This document shows, one piece after another, positions 33,569 through 38,617 of a DNA stretch of 38,617 nt; within the stretch, counting starts at the first letter, position 1, and every line of letters begins with the position of its first letter. Source of the DNA: Acidimicrobiia bacterium (GTDB taxonomy: Bacteria; Actinomycetota; Acidimicrobiia; IMCC26256; JAENVU01); contig JADGON010000057.1 in NCBI GenBank assembly GCA_017882945.1, forward strand, positions 1 to 38,617. Direction: 5' to 3'. A model generated the notes under the pieces. It searched no databases. It was not told the DNA's origin and saw nothing but the letters and a program-made list of their open reading frames with translations. The translations under genes were made by a program, and so were the position numbers.

Positions 33569-35016
33569 CAGCTCAGCCTTTCATCGAGCAGCTGGTTCAC
33601 CATCGCCGCGTTCGCCTTGCGGTCCGTGGCGCGCATGACCTGACCGAAGATGAAGCCGCGCTTCTTGCCCCGCACCTTCTCGTCGCCGACCCGGTACTCC
33701 TCGACCGCGTCACCGTTCGCTACGAGCACCTCGTCGACGATCGCCGCCAGCTCGGCCTCGTCGCTCACCTGGGCCAGCCCTCGCTCGGCGACCACCTGCT
33801 TCGGACGCTTCGGCTCGCGGAGGCACTCGTCGAGGACGTCCTTGGCCAGGCTCCGCGAGAGCGTGCCGTCCGCCACGAGACCGATCAGCTCCGCGAGCCC
33901 GTCCGGAGCCAGCGGCAGCACCTCGGGCGAGAGTCCGGATTCATTGAGGAATCCGAGGATCTCGCCGGTGCACCAGTTCGCCACGTCCTTGCCCGGCGCC
34001 CCCACTGCCATGGCTTGATCCGCGTACGCGGCGAGCGCAGGGTTGTCGACGAGCACCCGGGCGTCCTGATCCGCGACGCCCCATTCGGCGACGAGCCGGG
34101 TCCGGTGAGCCGCCGGGAGCTCGGGGACGGCGGCGCGCGCCTCGGCCCGCATCTCGTCACTCGGAGCGACCGGCACCAGGTCCGGCTCGGGGAAGTAGCG
34201 GTAGTCGTTCGAGCCTTCCTTGCTGCGCATCCCCTGCGAGACCCCCGCCGCCTCGTCCCAGCCTCGGGTCTCCTGCACGATGCGATCGCCGGACTCGACT
34301 GCGGCGATCTGGCGCGCGATCTCGTAGTCGATCGCGCGACCGAGTGAGCGCAGCGAGTTCATGTTCTTGACCTCGACCTTGGTTCCCAGCTCCCCGGTCC
34401 CGACCGGGCGGATCGACACGTTCGCGTCGACACGCATCGACCCTTCTTCCATCTTCACGTCCGACACGCCGATCGCCTGCAGCACACCGCGGAGCTCGCT
34501 CACGTACGCGCGGGCCTGCTCCGCGCTGCGGATGTCCGGGTGGCTCACGATCTCCATCAGTGGCACGCCGGCGCGGTTGTAGTCGACGAGGGAGTGCGAG
34601 GCGTCGTGGATCCGTCCTCCGCCACCGATGTGCTGGGTCTTGCCCGTGTCCTCCTCCATGTGCGCGCGCTCGATGCGGATGCGGGTGCCGTCGATCTCCA
34701 TCCAGCCCTCGACGCAGATCGGGTGGTCGTACTGACTCACCTGGTAGTCCTTGGGCATGTCCGGGTAGAAGTAGTTCTTCCGGTGGAAGATCGACTCCGA
34801 CGGGACGTCGAAGTGCATGGCCTCCCCGAGCCGCAGGGCGTACTCCACGACCCGGCGATTCAGCACGGGCAGGGAGCCCGGGAGACCGAGGCAGATCGGG
34901 CAGACGTTGGTGTTCGGCTCGGATCCGAACTCGTTCGGGCAGCCGCAGAAGAGCTTGGTGGTCGTGGCCAGCTCCACGTGCACCTCGAGCCCGATCACCG
35001 CTTCGTACTCAGCCAT
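33568..35016 (-). CDS. gatB: Asp-tRNA(Asn)/Glu-tRNA(Gln) amidotransferase subunit B
   Basis: ORF 33568..35106 trimmed to ATG 35016 (GGGGAG upstream). The sequence is MAEYEAVIGLEVHVELATTTKLFCGC...NVCPICLGLPG...MEEDTGK... Confidence 0.95.
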   Translation of the reverse strand: MAEYEAVIGLEVHVELATTTKLFCGCPNEFGSEPNTNVCPICLGLPGSLPVLNRRVVEYALRLGEAMHFDVPSESIFHRKNYFYPDMPKDYQVSQYDHPICVEGWMEIDGTRIRIERAHMEEDTGKTQHIGGGGRIHDASHSLVDYNRAGVPLMEIVSHPDIRSAEQARAYVSELRGVLQAIGVSDVKMEEGSMRVDANVSIRPVGTGELGTKVEVKNMNSLRSLGRAIDYEIARQIAAVESGDRIVQETRGWDEAAGVSQGMRSKEGSNDYRYFPEPDLVPVAPSDEMRAEARAAVPELPAAHRTRLVAEWGVADQDARVLVDNPALAAYADQAMAVGAPGKDVANWCTGEILGFLNESGLSPEVLPLAPDGLAELIGLVADGTLSRSLAKDVLDECLREPKRPKQVVAERGLAQVSDEAELAAIVDEVLVANGDAVEEYRVGDEKVRGKKRGFIFGQVMRATDRKANAAMVNQLLDERLS

Positions 35017-35035
35017 CGCGCAAGACTCCCCGACC

Positions 35036-35971
35036 ATGACCGACGGATTCGCTGCCATCCATCCCGACCCGAGCCTCTGCCCGACCGAGCACGCCGACCT
35101 CGGCAACGGCGTGACCCTGGCCTACGTCTGCGAGGGCGTCGGCGGTGCCCCGCTGCTCCTCGTGCACGGGTACCCCGAGACGAAGCGGATCTGGTGGCGC
35201 AACATGATGCCGCTCGCCGACGCGGGCTTCGAGGTGATCGCGCCGGACCTGCGCGGCCACGGCGAGTCGAGCCTCGCACCCGATGGCTTCTACGACATCG
35301 CCGCGTTCTCCACCGACCTCTACACGCTGGTGCACGACGTGTTGGGCCACGAGCACTGCGTGGTCGCCGGCGGTGACGTGGGCGGCCCGGTGGTGTACGA
35401 CCTGAGCCTGCGCTACCCCGGCTTCGTGAAGCGGCTCTGCTTCTTCAATACCGTCACGCCGTTCCTCGACGCCGAGTACGAGGCCGCGGGCATCCCGCCC
35501 GATGCACCGCAGGCGCTGCGTTCGACGGCCGACTACTTCATCCGCCAGGCCACCGACCCCGAAGGGTTGCTCGCGGAGCTCAACACCCCGCAACGTCGAC
35601 GGGCCTACGTGGCCGAGATGTACGGCCACCGGCTCTGGGCCGGTCGCGGTGCGTTCACACCCGAAGAGGTCGACTTCATGACCGAGCCGTATGCGGACGC
35701 CGACAAGCTGCGCGCGAGCTGGGGCGTGTACGAGAGCTCGACCGGCAACCGGCCGATGAGCGGCGTGCCGCGGTACCTCGAGACGAATCCCCTGCCCGCG
35801 CTCGTGCTCTACGGCCCCGAGGACCACGTGGTGCCGCCCTCGTTTCCCGAGCGGTGCAAGGTGGCCTTCCCCGAGTGCATCGGGCCGTTCGAGATCACAG
35901 GGGCCGGCCACTTCCTGCAGTGGGAGGCGTCCGACATCTTCAACCGCGCGCTCACCTACTTCTTCTTGTAG
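35036..35971 (+). CDS. Alpha/beta-hydrolase, epoxide-hydrolase / haloacetate-dehalogenase-like (Asp nucleophile)
   Basis: ORF 34817..35971 trimmed to ATG 35036. The sequence is LLLVHGYPETKRIWWRNM...APDLRGHGES...VVAGGDVGG...GAGHFLQWE. Confidence 0.8.
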   Translation: MTDGFAAIHPDPSLCPTEHADLGNGVTLAYVCEGVGGAPLLLVHGYPETKRIWWRNMMPLADAGFEVIAPDLRGHGESSLAPDGFYDIAAFSTDLYTLVHDVLGHEHCVVAGGDVGGPVVYDLSLRYPGFVKRLCFFNTVTPFLDAEYEAAGIPPDAPQALRSTADYFIRQATDPEGLLAELNTPQRRRAYVAEMYGHRLWAGRGAFTPEEVDFMTEPYADADKLRASWGVYESSTGNRPMSGVPRYLETNPLPALVLYGPEDHVVPPSFPERCKVAFPECIGPFEITGAGHFLQWEASDIFNRALTYFFL

Positions 35972-35991
35972 CGCGAGCGTCGACGAGGCGC

Positions 35992-37407
35992 TCACGGCGC
36001 CAGGCCTTCGATCGCACGGGCTACTCGGAACATGTCGGGCTCGCCGAGTGCCGGCGCGAGCACCTGGACCCCCACCGGGAGGTCGAACGCCCCCGTCCCG
36101 AACGGGACGGTGATCGCCGCGTGGCCCGCCAGGTTCGTCGGGATCGTGCACACGTCGCTGAGGTACATCGCCAGCGGGTCCTCGGTCTTCGCGCCGAGCT
36201 CGAACGCGGTGGTCGGCGCCGTCGGCGACAGCAGCACGTCGAACGACTCGTACGCACGCGCAAAGTCCCGGATGATCACCGTGCGCACCTTCTGCGCCTG
36301 CCCGTAGTACGCGTCGTAGTACCCGGCGGACAACGCGTAGGTGCCGAGCATGATGCGGCGCTTCACCTCGGCGCCGAAGCCGGCGGCTCGAGTCTTGGCA
36401 TTCATCTCGGCCACGTCCGCACCGTCGACCCGCAGCCCGTACCGCACGCCGTCGTAGCGGGCGAGGTTGCTCGACGCCTCGGCCGGCGCGATCAGGTAGT
36501 AGGCGGACAGGCCGTAGACACAGCTCGGGACCTTCACGCGCTCCACGTGGGCTCCCGCCGACTCGAGTCCCGCGGCGGCCCGCTCCACCGCCGCTCTCAC
36601 CTCGGGCTGGATGCCGTCGACGTCGGTCAGCTCCTCGACGATCCCGATGCGCAGCCCGGAGACGTCGGGGACGTCACCGAGCGGTGCCGGTGGGGACCCG
36701 ATCGAGGTGCTGTCGAGTGGGTCGTGACCCCAGATCGTCTCGAGGAGCAGCGCCGCGTCGTCGACCGTCCCGGCGAAGGGCCCGATCTGGTCGAGGCTCG
36801 AGGCGAACGCGATCAGGCCGTAGCGCGAGACGCGTCCGTACGTCGGCTTGACCCCGACGACGCCACACAACGCCGCGGGCTGACGGATCGAGCCACCAGT
36901 GTCCGAGCCCAGTGCGAGGGGCGCGAATCCCGCGGCCACGGCGGCGGCGGATCCGCCACTGGATCCTCCCGGCACGCGGCTCGGATCGTGCGGGTTGCGA
37001 GTCGCGCCGAACGCGGAGTTCTCGGTCGACGAGCCCATCGCGAACTCGTCGAGGTTCGTCTTGCCGATCGGGATGCCACCCGCGTCGAGCACTCGTTGCA
37101 CGACGGTCGCGGTGTACGGAGGCTCCCAGCCTTCGAGGATGCGCGACGAGCACGTCGTCGGGACCCCTCGCGTGCAGAGGTTGTCCTTCAATGCGACGGG
37201 TACGCCGGCCAGGGGACCCGGGTCCTCACCCCGCGCGACGGCGGCGTCCACCGCGTCCGCGGTGGCCCTCGCCGAATCGCCCATCACGAGGTTGAACGCG
37301 TGCAGCTCGGGTTCGCGAGCCTCGATCGCCGCAAGGTGCTCGTCGACGACGGACCGCGCCGAGCGTTCTCCGACGCGAACCGCGTCCGCGATGGCCCGTG
37401 CGGTCAC
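35992..37407 (-). CDS. gatA: Glutamyl-tRNA(Gln) amidotransferase subunit A (amidase signature)
   Basis: The GTG start overlaps the gatC stop (GTGA). The sequence is [14 protein letters not shown]...[17 protein letters not shown]...[14 protein letters not shown]...[31 protein letters not shown]. Confidence 0.95.
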   Translation of the reverse strand: MTARAIADAVRVGERSARSVVDEHLAAIEAREPELHAFNLVMGDSARATADAVDAAVARGEDPGPLAGVPVALKDNLCTRGVPTTCSSRILEGWEPPYTATVVQRVLDAGGIPIGKTNLDEFAMGSSTENSAFGATRNPHDPSRVPGGSSGGSAAAVAAGFAPLALGSDTGGSIRQPAALCGVVGVKPTYGRVSRYGLIAFASSLDQIGPFAGTVDDAALLLETIWGHDPLDSTSIGSPPAPLGDVPDVSGLRIGIVEELTDVDGIQPEVRAAVERAAAGLESAGAHVERVKVPSCVYGLSAYYLIAPAEASSNLARYDGVRYGLRVDGADVAEMNAKTRAAGFGAEVKRRIMLGTYALSAGYYDAYYGQAQKVRTVIIRDFARAYESFDVLLSPTAPTTAFELGAKTEDPLAMYLSDVCTIPTNLAGHAAITVPFGTGAFDLPVGVQVLAPALGEPDMFRVARAIEGLAP

Positions 37408-37706
37408 GGTGCCTCGCCCAGGATCCGCGGGACCCGGAACCGGCCGTCCTCGGCCGCGGGCGCCTGCGCCAGGACCTCCTCCCGGTCCAGGGTCGGGCGC
37501 ACCTCGTCGGGGCGCAGCACGTTCACCAGCGGCAGCGGGTGGGCGGTGGGCGGGATCCCCTCGAGGTCCAGTGCCGCGACATCCTGCGCGTGCTCGAGGA
37601 TCACGGTGAGCTGCTCGCCGAACCGCTCCACCTCGTCGCCGGAGAGTGCGAGGCGGGCCAGGTTCGCGACGTGCTCAACATCGGTGCGGGAAAGCCGGGC
37701 GGACAT
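37404..37706 (-). CDS. gatC: Glutamyl-tRNA(Gln) amidotransferase subunit C
   Basis: ORF 37404..37733 trimmed to ATG 37706. The sequence is [41 protein letters not shown]... Confidence 0.9.
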   Translation of the reverse strand: MSARLSRTDVEHVANLARLALSGDEVERFGEQLTVILEHAQDVAALDLEGIPPTAHPLPLVNVLRPDEVRPTLDREEVLAQAPAAEDGRFRVPRILGEAP

Positions 37707-37716
37707 GGGGCGAGCG

Positions 37717-37736
37717 TAGGCTGGAGCGGGCACGAA
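37717..37736. promoter_or_regulatory. Composite motif copy upstream of gatC: TAGGCT-gg-AGCGGGCACGAA (plus-strand reading)
   Basis: GAGCGGGCACGAA at 37724..37736 is the exact reverse complement of 38166..38178. In gatC orientation it reads TTCGTGCCCGCTCcAGCCTAcgctcgccccATG, and TACGCT ends 6 nt before the ATG. Confidence 0.3.
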
Positions 37737-37769
37737 GTGCGGAAGGCGAAGCGACCCGGCGGGGCGCGT

Positions 37770-38000
37770 CTACGAGTAGGGGTCGTGCGGACCTTCCGGG
37801 TACTGCCACCAGTCGTCGGGCGGAGGCGTCCAGTCCGGATCCGGGTAGATGCAGTTGACCGGGCACACGGGCGGGAGGCACTTCCCGCACCCGCTGCAGA
37901 GCTCGGGGATCACGATGACGTCGATGCCGTGGTTGAAGATCGCCCCGAACTGCGGGGGGCAGTGCCGGATGCAGGTGTCGCAGTTGATGCACTCGGACAT
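37770..38000 (-). CDS. Small 2x[4Fe-4S]-type ferredoxin with Trp/Pro/Asp-rich C-terminal tail
   Basis: ORF 37770..38582 trimmed to the first canonical start, ATG 38000. The sequence is MSECINCDTCIRHCP (CxxCxxCxxxCP) ... CSGCGKCLPPVCPVNC, then YPDPDWTPPPDDWWQYPEGPHDPYS. Confidence 0.8.
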   Translation of the reverse strand: MSECINCDTCIRHCPPQFGAIFNHGIDVIVIPELCSGCGKCLPPVCPVNCIYPDPDWTPPPDDWWQYPEGPHDPYS

Positions 38001-38151
38001 CTCGATCCGCAGCGGCGGGCTCTGCCACTTGGGATTGCGTACATGCGCTTCGATGCGCTCGGACCGGGTCGAGGCGGGCACGGCGCCAATGTAGACGGGC
38101 GCGCGGGCGCGCCTTCCCGGGGCCAGTCTCGACGCCCCGAGGCGGCGTCGG

Positions 38152-38178
38152 TAGGCTCCCCGCCGTTCGTGCCCGCTC
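38152..38178 (+). promoter_or_regulatory. Composite motif copy upstream of the SCP2 gene: TAGGCT-CCCCGCCGT-TCGTGCCCGCTC
   Basis: TAGGCT is at 38152..38157 (TANNNT -10-like), CCCCGCCGT at 38158..38166 and TTCGTGCCCGCTC at 38166..38178. An AGGAGG SD lies at 38194..38199, before GTG 38205. Confidence 0.3.
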
Positions 38179-38204
38179 GTGTTCTGCCGCTCCAGGAGGC
38201 TCCA

Positions 38205-38597
38205 GTGTCGAAGCACCCGTTCCTCTCCGACGAATGGTTCGCCGTGGTCGAGAAGCTCGTCGAGGAGCACGGCGCCGACGCTCCCGCCGGCCACGCCGTG
38301 CTGGTCAACCTGGTCGTCACGGATACCCCGTTCGGCGACGAGCGTCACATGCACATGGGCGCGGAGGAAGGCAAGGGTCACTGGGGCATCGGCCTGAAGG
38401 ACAGCGCCGACGTCACCCTCACGACCGACTACGCGACCGCCAAGGACGTCTTCGTCTCGGGGAACCAACAGGCGGGGATGCAGGCCTTCATGGCCGGCAA
38501 GGTGAAGGTCCAGGGCGACATGACCAAGCTCATGATGTCGCAGCAGGGCGGCGGCAACCAGGCCCTCTCCGAGGCCATTCAAGGCATCACCGAGTAG
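38205..38597 (+). CDS. SCP2 sterol/lipid-binding domain protein
   Basis: ORF 37398..38597 trimmed to GTG 38205 (CAGGAGGC upstream). The sequence is PFLSDEWFAVVEKL...VNLVVTD...TLTTDYATAKDVFVSGNQQAGMQAFMAGKVKVQGDMTKLM, the typical SCP2 C-terminal pattern. Confidence 0.8.
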   Translation: MSKHPFLSDEWFAVVEKLVEEHGADAPAGHAVLVNLVVTDTPFGDERHMHMGAEEGKGHWGIGLKDSADVTLTTDYATAKDVFVSGNQQAGMQAFMAGKVKVQGDMTKLMMSQQGGGNQALSEAIQGITE

Positions 38598-38617
38598 CCC
38601 TCGCGCTCAGCGCGGAG

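Noticed and set aside
37724-38178. Whether the 13-bp inverted repeats flanking the ferredoxin gene are terminal inverted repeats of an IS or MITE.
   Set aside because: There is no transposase and no recognisable target-site duplication next to the repeats. The repeats also sit in promoter-proximal positions of the flanking genes. A regulatory explanation seems at least as likely, so I did not call a mobile element.
1-38617. Looked for tRNA/rRNA genes, integrase/transposase/phage genes, toxin-antitoxin pairs, restriction-modification or other known defence modules, and RiPP/NRPS/PKS signatures.
   Set aside because: None was found by eye. No cloverleaf-like conserved T-loop sequences occur in the intergenic gaps, and no recombinase or nuclease motifs appear in any credible ORF. 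The nitroreductase is a plain about 225-aa FMN type, not a SagB-like RiPP dehydrogenase with adjacent precursor/cyclodehydratase genes.

Overview
This is a very GC-rich, tightly packed chromosomal segment that looks actinobacterial. It carries two F420-type luciferase-like (LLM) oxidoreductases, a mycothiol-type DinB/MDMPI protein and a LmbE/PIG-L deacetylase. Strong G/C third-position bias fills the six-frame track with long shadow ORFs. I can support 40 protein-coding genes (one partial at the left edge and absent from the ORF track) plus an 11-codon leader peptide. I found no rRNA, tRNA, CRISPR array, transposase, integrase or phage gene.

Housekeeping anchors:
- ilvB-ilvN-ilvC on the minus strand, preceded by what reads as a classical Ile/Leu/Val leader-peptide attenuator
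- ilvD
- gatC-gatA, with a separated gatB
- an Fpg/Nei glycosylase

Less ordinary blocks:
1. A minus-strand operon with overlapping stop/start codons: F420-LLM, nitroreductase, membrane-anchored DAG-kinase-like lipid kinase, and a protein ending in 27-bp/nonapeptide tandem repeats.
2. A PaaX-family repressor divergent from a membrane desaturase that is fused into an operon with an MTAP-family phosphorylase, an MTA/SAH deaminase and a DinB protein.
3. A five-gene plus-strand cassette: DSD1-type PLP enzyme, two tandem amidase paralogues, AtuA-like DUF1446 and DUF4387. This is my best candidate for an uncharacterised catabolic system.
4. A membrane protein, OmpR-type response regulator, histidine kinase and MprF-like aminoacyl-phosphatidylglycerol synthase.
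5. An F420-LLM translationally coupled to a BNR-repeat propeller.
6. A short sequence motif recurring in several intergenic regions, including a 13-bp inverted repeat bracketing a small ferredoxin gene.

Nothing resembles a known defence system or a canonical biosynthetic gene cluster. All family assignments come from reading the translations by eye, and novelty cannot be established without database searches.
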